64,000 bases of DNA from Candidatus Multivoradales bacterium (GTDB lineage: Bacteria > Acidobacteriota > Thermoanaerobaculia > Multivoradales > JAHEKO01): the NCBI GenBank assembly GCA_965223155.1, contig CBDCVR010000015.1, positions 896,001-960,000 of the forward strand, read 5' to 3'. Below the pieces are notes generated by a model. The model saw nothing but the letters and a program-made list of their open reading frames with translations, had not been told where the DNA came from and searched no databases. Numbering within the stretch: the first letter of the stretch is position 1; each line of letters opens with the position of its first letter. A program made the position numbers and the translations under genes. Below are positions 11,075 to 20,466 of this stretch, piece by piece.

Positions 11075-12031
11075 CTAGCGATTCGAAAAGCCCGGGATCG
11101 AGTCGCAGTCCCGGCTCTCGCCGTTGACCGTGCACGAGCAGTCATCTTCCGATTGGCATTCGACCTTGACTTCGCATCGCTCCTCGCCGCCACAGTCGAA
11201 GTCTTCGAGGCCGGCGATGTCGATGGCCGTGTCGCAGTTTGCGTCATCCTCGTCGCACTTGACGACGACCTTGCGGACGCGTCCTTCCGAGTCCCCATGG
11301 TCTCCCATGTGGTGGAGCATGAAGTGACCCGGGCCCATGCCGCCGCGCCTCATGCGCATCATGCGCTGCGGCCCAAAGCCCTTGGACTCGTCCAGGGTCG
11401 CGGTGGCCGAAGTCGTGGCACCATCCCGCCAGATCCCGAGTGCAACCTCATCACCCGCCTCGCGGTGGTGCATCTCGCGCACCAGATCGCGGGGGGATTC
11501 GATTTCCTCGTCTCCAACCGAGGTAATGACGTCGCCAACCCTGACCCCCGCCGCGGCCGCCGGGCTGTCCTCGACAACTTTGGACACCATGACGCCCGAG
11601 CCTTCGGGAATGCCGAAATGAGCGCGAAGCTCGTCGGTCAACTCGGTCATGCGCACGCCCAGAAAGCCGCCACCGCTGTGCGCCATCCAGCGATAGCCGC
11701 CGTCGCCGGACAGGACCTCGAAGTCGCCGTCACCCAAGAAGAGTGCACGGTGCTTGCCGTCGTGGCCGTGCTCGCATTCCTCCTTGTCGCAGTGCATACG
11801 GCGGATATGGACGCGCTTGCGCCCCTCGCCATCCACGATCACCTTGACGCCGGCCTCGCCCATCTCCTCGACGATCTCGTCACACTCTTCGCCCTCGCAC
11901 CGAATGATCTTCTTCACATGGACCTCGTCCGAGTCGCCTTCGTGGCCACCCCAGACCGCGGGCGGCACCAGAGCCGCGATGGCCAGAAGACCGGCAATGC
12001 CGGCCACCAATCCGTATCGTTTCTTAGTCAT
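11075..12031 (-). CDS. Exported PDZ-domain protein with Cys/His-rich flanks
   Basis: Signal peptide; GFLGVRMTEL...GVMVSKVVEDSPAAAAGVRVGDVITSVG (HtrA-like PDZ) with no protease domain. Confidence 0.85.
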   Translation of the reverse strand: MTKKRYGLVAGIAGLLAIAALVPPAVWGGHEGDSDEVHVKKIIRCEGEECDEIVEEMGEAGVKVIVDGEGRKRVHIRRMHCDKEECEHGHDGKHRALFLGDGDFEVLSGDGGYRWMAHSGGGFLGVRMTELTDELRAHFGIPEGSGVMVSKVVEDSPAAAAGVRVGDVITSVGDEEIESPRDLVREMHHREAGDEVALGIWRDGATTSATATLDESKGFGPQRMMRMRRGGMGPGHFMLHHMGDHGDSEGRVRKVVVKCDEDDANCDTAIDIAGLEDFDCGGEERCEVKVECQSEDDCSCTVNGESRDCDSIPGFSNR

Positions 12032-12083
12032 TGGACGAAATCTCCCTTCAAAATTTGCGCTTCCCTTCCGCTCGTTCCCCTAT

Positions 12084-12108
12084 AACGCCCGGCCCGGGAA
12101 AAGGTTCC
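12084..12108 (-). promoter_or_regulatory. Candidate ECF-sigma promoter for the PDZ gene (GGAAC-N16-CGTT)
   Basis: Minus strand reads GGAAC cttttcccgggccggg CGTT, about 50 nt upstream of ATG 12031. Confidence 0.55.
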
Positions 12109-12121
12109 CCCGCAGGCTACC

Positions 12122-12577
12122 CTAGGCGTTCTCGGGTGCGAGCTTGCCCGCCACCCAACCCAGAGCCGCTCCTCCCGGCAAGAGATAGAGGAACTGCTCG
12201 AGGCCCCACCAGGTCCAGACCTTGTCGGGAAGATTGAAGACACCCGACCAGCCGGCCATCATGCAGCAGCCCACGATCGACAGGAGCAGGCCGTACTTCA
12301 GCCCCTTCTGCCAGGGCGCGCCGGAGAGCCCGCCCCGGATCCAGCCGAAAAGCGCCGCCTGGACCAGAGTGGCAAGCAGCCCCACGCCGATCCAACGCGG
12401 CATCAACGCCGCCACGTTCGGCGGATCCTCGTTCAGCTCCGGCCGCCAGAAGCCCGAGTTGGCGCGGTACGGACCGTCCAGCACTCCTTCGTGAATGATC
12501 GGTCCCGTCGCCATCGAAATCAAGAACATGACCATGTACATCACGAGACCGCCGATGATGACCAGCTTCCACTGCAT
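12122..12577 (-). CDS. Hypothetical 4-TM membrane protein
   Basis: ATG 12577 preceded by GAGGGGG; four hydrophobic helices; KGLKYGLLL motif. Confidence 0.7.
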   Translation of the reverse strand: MQWKLVIIGGLVMYMVMFLISMATGPIIHEGVLDGPYRANSGFWRPELNEDPPNVAALMPRWIGVGLLATLVQAALFGWIRGGLSGAPWQKGLKYGLLLSIVGCCMMAGWSGVFNLPDKVWTWWGLEQFLYLLPGGAALGWVAGKLAPENA

Positions 12578-12614
12578 GGGAACCCCCTCGTTGTTGGTTG
12601 CGGAGGCCATTGTC

Positions 12615-13343
12615 TCACGGCTCCGGCGAGGCAAGATCCAGGACCCAGGCCTCGGGGACCCGGGTTTCCACGACATGACGTGCCAAGTTCACCCAGCGCG
12701 CGCAGCGATCCAGGATCGCGCTGTCGGCCGTCGCCACCACCGCCGCCGACTCCTTGAGCGCGCGGTCCGTCTGCCGGCAAAGCTCGACTCGCCAGGGCAC
12801 GGTTGCAGACGCGGTGAGGTCCTCGACCAAGGTCTTGAGCCGCCCGCTGTTCGAGACCGGGCTGTCGAAGAGACACCGGACGCCGGCACAGGAAGCGGCC
12901 TCGAGGGTCTCCATTAAGAGGCCCAGAGCGGGCCTCGTCACTTCGAGCTTGCGATAGTGGCCACTTAGCCCGGCCAGATCCCGCACGGCGCCGTCCCGGG
13001 CCAGGAGCACGACGCCTCCAGACAGAGCCGCCTCCAGGGTCAGAAGCACGTTGTAGCCATCGACCGCCACTTGCTCCCCGGCCAATCCCTCGATCGGCAC
13101 CCGGCGAGCGGCCCGGGACCGGCAGGCGGCCTCGCTCGCCGCGCACCGCTGCAAGGCCCGGCGCTGGCGGTCGCGGAGCTGATGGCGATCTCCAACCAGC
13201 TTGAGCGCGGCCCTTGCGGAGTAGCCGCGGCCCCGGAGCCAGGAGAGGTCCGCCGCCGCCTGCCGTAGCCGCGGCACGTGCTCGGCGGCGAAGCACCGGG
13301 CGTCGTCCGGATGGGGTCCGCGGCGGGTGCGTCGGTCGGGCAT
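12615..13343 (-). CDS. DUF434 family protein (PIN/NYN-like)
   Basis: DLSWLRGRGYS...LKLVGDRHQL..RQR, VDGYNVL, DGAVRDLAG, DSPVSNSG, ATADSAILD. The real start is MPDRR at 13343, inside the longer shadow ORF. Confidence 0.8.
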   Translation of the reverse strand: MPDRRTRRGPHPDDARCFAAEHVPRLRQAAADLSWLRGRGYSARAALKLVGDRHQLRDRQRRALQRCAASEAACRSRAARRVPIEGLAGEQVAVDGYNVLLTLEAALSGGVVLLARDGAVRDLAGLSGHYRKLEVTRPALGLLMETLEAASCAGVRCLFDSPVSNSGRLKTLVEDLTASATVPWRVELCRQTDRALKESAAVVATADSAILDRCARWVNLARHVVETRVPEAWVLDLASPEP

Positions 13344-13463
13344 CGGAGGGCCGTCGGGGCTCGGCAAGCCCGATCGTACCCAACCGCGAACCGAATCCCC
13401 GAGATCCGAGCCTGTAGAATCCCGGCGCCGGCTGCCAGCGGAATCCGGCCCGAGATCCACCCC

Positions 13464-14711
13464 ATGCGCCGACCGACCGATTTCTCGAACCTGCCCGCCG
13501 CGGCCGCCATTCTCGGAACGGTTCTGGCCGGCACGGTTCTGACGAGCACGGCGCTCGCCGATCCCGCCGCCGACTCGAGCGAATCCGGTCCTCCGGAGTG
13601 GCCGCTCTTCTACGAATACGATCCGCCATCGACCCTGGTGGTTCCGGAAACCCCGGTCACTCGCGCCCGCTATCCCTTCGTGGACGTTCACGCTCATTTC
13701 TTCCAGATGGCCGAGCAGGATCTGGACGCGGTGGTCGAGCAGATGGACGCCATGAACATGGCGGTGGCGGTCAACTTGTCGGGCCGGAGCTTCCGCATCC
13801 TGGAGAACCCGGACGGCTCGCGGCGTTTCGTCCTGGGCGAGCCCGAGAACCTGACCCGAGCCCTCGCCAACGTGCGTGAAACCGCACCCGAGCGCTTCTT
13901 GGTCTTTACCAACGTCGATCTCGACAACCTGGGAGAGCGCGGCTGGATCGAGCGCACCCTGGCACAGCTCGAGGCCGACGTCGCGGCCGGCGCCATGGGA
14001 CTCAAGATCTACAAGAGCCTGGGCCTCGACGCCAAGGACTTCGAAGGCAAGCGCATCGCGGTCAACGATCCGCGCCTGGATCCGGTCTGGGCCAAGTGCG
14101 GCGAGCTGGGGATCCCGGTGCTCATCCACTCGGGCGAGCCGGCGCCTTTCTGGCTGCCCAAGGACGGTTCGAACGAGCGGCTGTTCGAGCTCATCGAGCG
14201 TCCCGAGCGCTACCGCCCGCCAGGAGCATTCGCCACCTGGGAAGAGATCCTGGCGGAGCAGGAGGCGGTCTTCGCGAACCATCGCGACACCACCTTCATC
14301 AACGCGCACCTGGGCTGGATGGGCAACGACTTGGCGAGGCTGGGAGAGCATCTGGACCGGAACCCGAACGTCTATACCGAGATCGGCGCGGTCCTGGCCG
14401 AGCTCGGGCGCCAGCCGCGCACCGCCCGGCGCTGGTTCCTCCGCTACCAGGACCGCGTTCTCTTCGGCAAGGACTCGTGGGCCCCCGAGGAGTATCACGT
14501 CTACTTCCGGGCCCTCGAGACCGACGACGAGTACTTCGACTATTACCGCCGCCGCCACGCCTTCTGGAAGATCTACGGCCTGGACCTCCCGGATGAGGTC
14601 CTGCGCAAGCTCTACTACGGGAACGCCCTCGAGATCCTTCCCGGCCTGGATCGGAACCTCTTCCCGGACGAGCCGGCCGGCGGGCCGGCGGACGATTCCC
14701 GGGACCCGTAG
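13464..14711 (+). CDS. Exported amidohydrolase_2 family protein
   Basis: VDVHAH, GLKIYKSLG, PVLIHSGEP, INAHLG, LFGKD, LRKLYYGNA; signal-like N-terminus. Confidence 0.85.
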   Translation: MRRPTDFSNLPAAAAILGTVLAGTVLTSTALADPAADSSESGPPEWPLFYEYDPPSTLVVPETPVTRARYPFVDVHAHFFQMAEQDLDAVVEQMDAMNMAVAVNLSGRSFRILENPDGSRRFVLGEPENLTRALANVRETAPERFLVFTNVDLDNLGERGWIERTLAQLEADVAAGAMGLKIYKSLGLDAKDFEGKRIAVNDPRLDPVWAKCGELGIPVLIHSGEPAPFWLPKDGSNERLFELIERPERYRPPGAFATWEEILAEQEAVFANHRDTTFINAHLGWMGNDLARLGEHLDRNPNVYTEIGAVLAELGRQPRTARRWFLRYQDRVLFGKDSWAPEEYHVYFRALETDDEYFDYYRRRHAFWKIYGLDLPDEVLRKLYYGNALEILPGLDRNLFPDEPAGGPADDSRDP

Positions 14712-14844
14712 CGCTCTCGGGCCAGCGACCGGCAGGCTCGATCGACCTCGCCGGTGCTCGTCTTCAGCGATCGGCGCGAAATCTCCCGCTAGCCGCTCGA
14801 CCCGTCCCCTCCCTGAGCCCGGCGGCTGTTAGACTGCGGCCCCG

Positions 14845-15366
14845 ATGGCCGCGGTCGACATCGAGGACAATCTTCAACACCACGACACGCAGGAGCTGGA
14901 CATGCGTCCAGCCCTCGAGCGGGGACTCGACCTGTGCCGGCGCGGGGAATGGAAGCCAGGCCTCGACCTCCTGTGGAAGCTCTCGCGCAAGGAGCATCCG
15001 GAGCTCAAGCTCCCGGCCACCTTCTTCGCCTACACCGGCTACGGCACGGCCCGCTACCATGGCAATCGCCAAGAGGGTCTGAGGCTCTGCCGGCACGCGG
15101 TCAAGCTCGACCCCACCGACCCGGAGACCCATCTTTGCCTGGCGCGGGTGTATCTCTCGATGCGCAACCGGAAGCGGGCCGTCAAGGCGCTCGAGCGCGG
15201 CCTCAAGATCCGTCCCGGGAGCAAGCTCCTTCGCGCTTTCCAGAAAGAGATCGGCTACCGACGACCGCCCGTCTTGCCGTTCTTGCCCCGCTCGAACGGG
15301 CTCAACAAGTGGCTCGGCATGCGACGCCACCTGCGCGAACTCGAGCGGGAATCGGCCGAAGACTAG
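14845..15366 (+). CDS. Tetratricopeptide repeat protein
   Basis: TPR-like helices (LCRHAVKLDPTDPETHLCLARVYL...ALERGLKIRP) and C-terminal GYRRPPVLPFLPRSNGLNKWLG. Confidence 0.75.
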   Translation: MAAVDIEDNLQHHDTQELDMRPALERGLDLCRRGEWKPGLDLLWKLSRKEHPELKLPATFFAYTGYGTARYHGNRQEGLRLCRHAVKLDPTDPETHLCLARVYLSMRNRKRAVKALERGLKIRPGSKLLRAFQKEIGYRRPPVLPFLPRSNGLNKWLGMRRHLRELERESAED

Positions 15367-15392
15367 CCTGCTTGTCTCGCTGGCGTTCGCGG

Positions 15393-17834
15393 CTAGGGGC
15401 CGCCGCCACCGGGCACGAGCTCGAGAGTGTGCGCCGGCTCTTGGGGCAGAAACGGCGTCGGCTCGCCGCGGACCCAGGCTTCGTGGCCGGCCCGGTAGAA
15501 GGGCGAGAGCGGGTGGCCGCTCTGGCCGGTGGGCATGTGGAAGATGCCTTCCTCCTCGCGGCCGGGTGACACCACGAAGCGCTCGGACGCCCCTTCGCTC
15601 GGCCCCTGGAAACGAGGCATGTTCTCATCCCCCGGCAGCTCGTCGGCGGGCATGTCCAGCCAGCGGCCCACGAAGCTGGGCAGGAACCGGCTCATGGGAT
15701 GCCGGATCGTCGCCGCGTTGCGCCGGCCCCAGGTCTGCTCGGCCAGCGGGCCGAGCTCGCTGAAGTAGGCGACGGTTCGCCCGACGGCAGCATCGATCAC
15801 GGACTCCCAGGAGGCGTGATCCGGATGCAGGAAATGCTCCGGCCGCTCGGTCACGAGCCGCCAGAGCGCTCCTTCCTGCTGAATCAAGTAGGTCGGTTCG
15901 AGCCGCGGATCGGCTCGCTTCGCCTCGGCCACGACGGCGCCCAAGACCTCTTCGGCAAAGTAGATCCGGAAGGCTCGCACCAGCCGGTACGCGGCCGAGG
16001 CGGTCGAGGCGCGGCCGTCCCAGTCTTCGAGCGCGGCGCGGAGTGCCGCCTTCCCGGTACGCTCATCGGCGGCACCCTCATCGGCGGCACCCCGGTCGGA
16101 GTCCGTCAGATGGGCCGCCAGCAACCGGCGCCAGGGCTCGAGAAAGAGCGCCCGGTCGTCGAGCTGAACCGACAGCAGCGAGCGCTCGTCGTAGCGTTCG
16201 AGCGCGCGCAGGGCGTCCCGGATCTGCTGCTGGCGGGCGCCCAGACGAAAGGTCCCGACGCCAATCCGCCGCATCATCTCGCCATCCACGAGGCGGGCAT
16301 TGGCGCTCCACAACATCCCCTCTTCGGGATCCAGGACCCGAGGGTACTCTTCGGGCGGGTAGTACCCATCCCACCCGGCGCCGCCATCCGCCCAGCTTGT
16401 CGGCGTCCTGCCGTCGTGGCCGTGGCGGCGAGGAATCGCGCCCATCACCGTCCAGCCGATGCGGCCCGAGGCATCCACGACGACGAAGTTCTGGGGCGGG
16501 GCGCCGATTCGATTGGCGATCACGATCGCTTCGTCGACGCTCGAAGCGCGCTCGAGCTCGAGGGCTCCGAGGTTCATCCCCTCCGGATCGTGCGCGATCC
16601 ACCGGTAGGCGCGCTCCCGGCCCTGGTGATCGACGTCCAGGACCGGGCCCCAGAGGGTCTCGCGCACCACCATCCGCTCGGGTTCGGCATCCCGCACGCG
16701 GATCTCTTCTTCGTGGAGCTCGAACTCGCGCAACCCCTCGGGGGTCCGGTAGCGATGCTCCGGCGCGTCCGGGTCGGGCTCGATCTCGACCAAGTCCTCC
16801 CAGTCGCCCCAGGTGTTGGTAAAGCCCCAAGCCACCTCGCCGTTCGAACCGGCGATGACGAAGGGCGTGCCCGGCAAGGTGACGCCGGCAATCCGCCGAA
16901 GGCCGCCGGGCGCGCCGCGGTCCGGAAACTCGAGAACCGCCCGGTACCAGATGTTCGGCACCTGGTGGCCCAGGTGCATGTCGTTGGCAAGTAGCGCCCG
17001 GCCGTCCCGGGTCAGGCCGCCGGCGACCGCCCAATTGTTGGAGCCACGAACGAGGGTCGTCGGTTCCGGATCCACCGCCTCCGTTCCTCCGTCTCGGGAC
17101 TCGACGTTGCGAAGGTCCAGGACCTCCGGGCCCGGCGTTGGCGGAACCGGAAGCGCCTCACCCAAGATGGGTGCATCCCAGGGCGTGCCCAGCGGGTCCA
17201 GGAAGGCCAGCATCTCGGCGCCCAGCACGTCCTCGACCACGCCTCGCGTCGACTCGCGCTCGCCGAAGCCGTCGTTGAGATCCAAGTACATGCTGAAGAT
17301 GACGAGCGCCAGGTCTTCGGCGGCCCAGGGTCTGGGCGGACTGCCCAAGAGCAGGTACTCAAAGGACGGCCCGGCCAAGGCATCCAGGCCGGCGTTGACC
17401 CCGGCGGTATAGGCCTCGATCAGGGCGCGCTCGGACGAGGTCAGCGCTGCGAGTGAGCGCGCGGCGCGGGCGCGGAATCGATGGAGCCGGAGCTTCTTGT
17501 CCAGGTCGACCGGGCCCGGGCCCAGAAGCTCGGCCAGTTCGCCGGCGGCGAAGCGCCGCGCCAGATCCATCTGGAAGAACCGATCCTGACCGTGCACGAA
17601 GCCCAAGCCGCGGGCGGCGTCGACGCGGCTGTCAGCCCGGATGGTGACCACCCCGGCGCCGTCTCGGGTTACCGTCACCGGCCGCTCCAAGCCGGCGATC
17701 GCGATCTTGCCATCAAGAACGGGCAGGCTGGCGCGGAGCTTGCCGCGGGCCCAAAGAAAGCCGGCCGCCGTCACCAGGATGAGAGCGAGGAGCGCGAAGG
17801 TCGCCACGCGCCGAAGTCGCCTGCCTGAGCTCAT
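15393..17834 (-). CDS. Penicillin acylase family Ntn-hydrolase
   Basis: N-terminal TM; RDGAGV, GFVHGQDRFFQMDL, beta-chain nucleophile GSNNWAV, LLANDMHL, PTGQSGHPLSPFY. Confidence 0.92.
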   Translation of the reverse strand: MSSGRRLRRVATFALLALILVTAAGFLWARGKLRASLPVLDGKIAIAGLERPVTVTRDGAGVVTIRADSRVDAARGLGFVHGQDRFFQMDLARRFAAGELAELLGPGPVDLDKKLRLHRFRARAARSLAALTSSERALIEAYTAGVNAGLDALAGPSFEYLLLGSPPRPWAAEDLALVIFSMYLDLNDGFGERESTRGVVEDVLGAEMLAFLDPLGTPWDAPILGEALPVPPTPGPEVLDLRNVESRDGGTEAVDPEPTTLVRGSNNWAVAGGLTRDGRALLANDMHLGHQVPNIWYRAVLEFPDRGAPGGLRRIAGVTLPGTPFVIAGSNGEVAWGFTNTWGDWEDLVEIEPDPDAPEHRYRTPEGLREFELHEEEIRVRDAEPERMVVRETLWGPVLDVDHQGRERAYRWIAHDPEGMNLGALELERASSVDEAIVIANRIGAPPQNFVVVDASGRIGWTVMGAIPRRHGHDGRTPTSWADGGAGWDGYYPPEEYPRVLDPEEGMLWSANARLVDGEMMRRIGVGTFRLGARQQQIRDALRALERYDERSLLSVQLDDRALFLEPWRRLLAAHLTDSDRGAADEGAADERTGKAALRAALEDWDGRASTASAAYRLVRAFRIYFAEEVLGAVVAEAKRADPRLEPTYLIQQEGALWRLVTERPEHFLHPDHASWESVIDAAVGRTVAYFSELGPLAEQTWGRRNAATIRHPMSRFLPSFVGRWLDMPADELPGDENMPRFQGPSEGASERFVVSPGREEEGIFHMPTGQSGHPLSPFYRAGHEAWVRGEPTPFLPQEPAHTLELVPGGGGP
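16062..16091. repeat. Perfect 15-bp tandem duplication (GAADE x2) inside the acylase
   Basis: CTCATCGGCGGCACC repeated at 16062-16076 and 16077-16091. Confidence 0.85.
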
Positions 17835-17966
17835 CCGCCCCCCAGTCGTTCCGTCAAGAAGAAAAAGTGCCGGGACCCCCCCGCTCGGGAGCTGCCGTCT
17901 CGATCGGAGCTTGGTGCCGGCTCCGAAGGGCTCCTGGTAGGTCGCCGCAACATCGCGCTCGGTAGT

Positions 17967-19280
17967 CTACGCGCGCTCAGCACCGGCGTCCCAGGCTTCG
18001 GCGGCCGCCCGGCCGCGCCCCACGTCGATCGTGGCAAGCGCCACGAGACCGATCAGGAAGAAGGCGCCGTTTACCAGAATGCCGGTCCGCTGGGATCCGG
18101 TGGCCGAGGAGATCGCGCCAAAAACAAATGGGCCGACAACATAGGCGGCTCGCAGGGCCAGGCCCCAGAAGCCGAAGAACTCCCCGCTCTTCGACACCGG
18201 CGAGAACAGGCCGACCAGGGCTCGGGACGCCGATTGGAGTGAGCCGATACCGAGGCCAGCGGCGGTCGCCACCACCCAGAACTGAGGCTGGGTCTGGCTG
18301 GCGAACGCACCGCCCGAGACCAGCAGCCAGAGAATCAGTGTCAGTACCAGGGTCCGCTTCGGACCCAGGCGATCCTGGATCCAACCGAAGACGATCGCCC
18401 CCAGGGCCGAGGTCACCTGGATGACGATAAAGAGGACGATGACGTCGGCGGCGCCGAAACCGATGGTGCGCTCGGCGTAGATCGCGGCGAACGCGATCAC
18501 CGAGGTCAGTCCACAGGTGTAGACGAAGAAGACCGCGAGGAAGCGGGCGAGCTCCGAGAACTCGGACAGGGACCGCCAGGTCGCCGCCAGCCGCCGGAAG
18601 CCCTCCCGGGCATAGGCTCCGAACGACGCCTCCCGCCTTCGCGGCGCCCGTTCCCGCAACACGGCAAAGGTGGGCAACGCGCCCAGAAAGAAGAAGGCCG
18701 CGGTCACAAGCCAGGCCAGCCGCAGGTTGGGCAGATTGGCCTCGGTGAAGCCGCCGGTCAGAAGCGGTTTGACCAGCAGCAAGCTGCCCAGCCCGCCGAG
18801 ATAGCCAAGCCCCCAGCCGAAGCCCGAGATCCGGCCGATGTTGCCCGCATTCGAGATCTCGGGCAGGAACCCTCCCGCCAGGGTTTCGCCGAAGGCATAG
18901 GCGACGTTCGAGAGGATGAAGAGAGCGAGGCCCAGAACGAGCGCTCCCGGCAAGACAAAGTAGAGCGCCGCCGTTCCCAGAACGCACAGAATCCACATCC
19001 AGGCCATCAGGTACTTCTTGCGTCCCGAGCCGTCGGCCACGGCGCCCAGAACGGGCGCCACGCCCAGAACGATCAGGTTGCTGGCCAGAACCCCCGTTCC
19101 CCACCAGAAATCCGCGCTCTCACCCGGCGCCACCATCTTGGTGAAGTAGATCGAGTAGGCAACGGTGACGATCACCGTCGTATAGGCCGAGTTGGCGAAG
19201 TCGAACATCGCCCAGGAGACGATCTCCCGCTTCGCGACCGGTATCGAGGCCGCCGGCTCCGCCAGGGTTGTGCCCGACAT
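17967..19280 (-). CDS. MFS transporter, UMF1/ATG22 family
   Basis: SWAMFDFANSAY, GAVADGSGRKK, GRISGFGWGLGYLGG, SASRAL...SGEFFGF; 12 TM segments. Confidence 0.88.
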   Translation of the reverse strand: MSGTTLAEPAASIPVAKREIVSWAMFDFANSAYTTVIVTVAYSIYFTKMVAPGESADFWWGTGVLASNLIVLGVAPVLGAVADGSGRKKYLMAWMWILCVLGTAALYFVLPGALVLGLALFILSNVAYAFGETLAGGFLPEISNAGNIGRISGFGWGLGYLGGLGSLLLVKPLLTGGFTEANLPNLRLAWLVTAAFFFLGALPTFAVLRERAPRRREASFGAYAREGFRRLAATWRSLSEFSELARFLAVFFVYTCGLTSVIAFAAIYAERTIGFGAADVIVLFIVIQVTSALGAIVFGWIQDRLGPKRTLVLTLILWLLVSGGAFASQTQPQFWVVATAAGLGIGSLQSASRALVGLFSPVSKSGEFFGFWGLALRAAYVVGPFVFGAISSATGSQRTGILVNGAFFLIGLVALATIDVGRGRAAAEAWDAGAERA

Positions 19281-19347
19281 CGGCCGAGTCTACCCGCGCC
19301 GTTCCGCTTTGAGGCTTTCCCGCCGGCAGTAGTACTCTCCCGGAGGC

Positions 19348-20271
19348 ATGAGCAAGACGCCCGCGTTCCATGTCGAGGTGTTGGACCTCGAGTTCCAGAG
19401 GACGCCGGGACTGATCGCCTCGTTTCTGATCTTCGCTCCCAACGGGCACTTCCTGATCGAGACCGGCCCTGACTCGTGCCGCGAGGCTCTTGTTGCCGGC
19501 CTCGAACGCCACGGCCTTACCCCCGAGGCCATCGACGCGGTCGTCCTGACCCACATTCACCTCGACCACGCCGGCGGCGCCGGCTGGTGGGCACGCCAAG
19601 GCACGACCGTCTACGTCCACGAGATCGGTGCCCGGCACCTGATCGATCCATCGAAGCTCCTCGCCAGCGCGACGCGCATCTACGGCGAGCGCATGAAGCC
19701 TCTCTGGGGCGAGATCCTGGCGGCTCCCGCGTCCCGGGTCGAAGCGCTCGAAGACGGCGACCGCTTCGAAGTCGGGGGGCTCCCGGTCGAAGCGCTCTAC
19801 ACTCCAGGCCACGCCCGCCACCATATAGCCTACCGGATCTGCGACGTCGCCTTCGTGGGTGACAGCCTGGGAATCCGGGGCGGCACGATTCCATGGCTCG
19901 ACCTGCCGGCACCGCCTCCCGAGTTCGATCGCGAGCTGTGGCAGACGAGCCTCGAGCGCCTGCGCTCGGAAGACCTGGCCTTGATCTACCGGACTCACTT
20001 CGGACCACGCTCGGACGTTGCCGAGGAGATCGATCGCATCGAGGGCTTGATCGAGCGATCGACCCGGACGATTCGCGAGCTGGTGGAAGCGGGCCGCGGC
20101 CGGGCAGCGATCATCGAGCATTTCGGCCGGTGGATGGTCGACGACATCGTCGCCCGTGGCCACGAGCGCGCCCTGGTCGAGCGCGAGGTCAAGCTCAATC
20201 CCCGCTACATGTCAGTGGACGGCATCCTGCGCTACTGGGCGAAGCGAGGCGTGGGGCCTCCGGGCGCCTAG
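19348..20271 (+). CDS. Metallo-beta-lactamase fold hydrolase
   Basis: THIHLDHAGG, TPGHARHH, VGD, THFG motifs. Confidence 0.9.
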   Translation: MSKTPAFHVEVLDLEFQRTPGLIASFLIFAPNGHFLIETGPDSCREALVAGLERHGLTPEAIDAVVLTHIHLDHAGGAGWWARQGTTVYVHEIGARHLIDPSKLLASATRIYGERMKPLWGEILAAPASRVEALEDGDRFEVGGLPVEALYTPGHARHHIAYRICDVAFVGDSLGIRGGTIPWLDLPAPPPEFDRELWQTSLERLRSEDLALIYRTHFGPRSDVAEEIDRIEGLIERSTRTIRELVEAGRGRAAIIEHFGRWMVDDIVARGHERALVEREVKLNPRYMSVDGILRYWAKRGVGPPGA

Positions 20272-20466
20272 CCGGGATCCCGGCAGGCCCTGCGGACGAG
20301 ACGGCAGGCCGGGAAACCCGGGGCAAGCCGGGAATTCTTGGCACGTCGCCCAGGCCCTGCCAGGCAACCTGGCCGCGCGGCTTGCGTACTAGAGGGGCAC
20401 TCACTCGTCTCGGAACCCCGGTGATCCGGGGAGCCGCCTCGCAATTTCTTAGCCTAGGAGAACTTC

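Noticed and set aside
7571-20271. Concentration of amide/peptide hydrolases as a dedicated pathway or resistance island
   Set aside because: Mixed orientations, common families and no shared regulator; consistent with ordinary heterotrophic scavenging genes.
20338-20388. Sigma54-like TTGGCACG and TGGC...TTGC elements upstream of the DUF2911 gene
   Set aside because: GG-to-GC spacing is not the required 10 nt.
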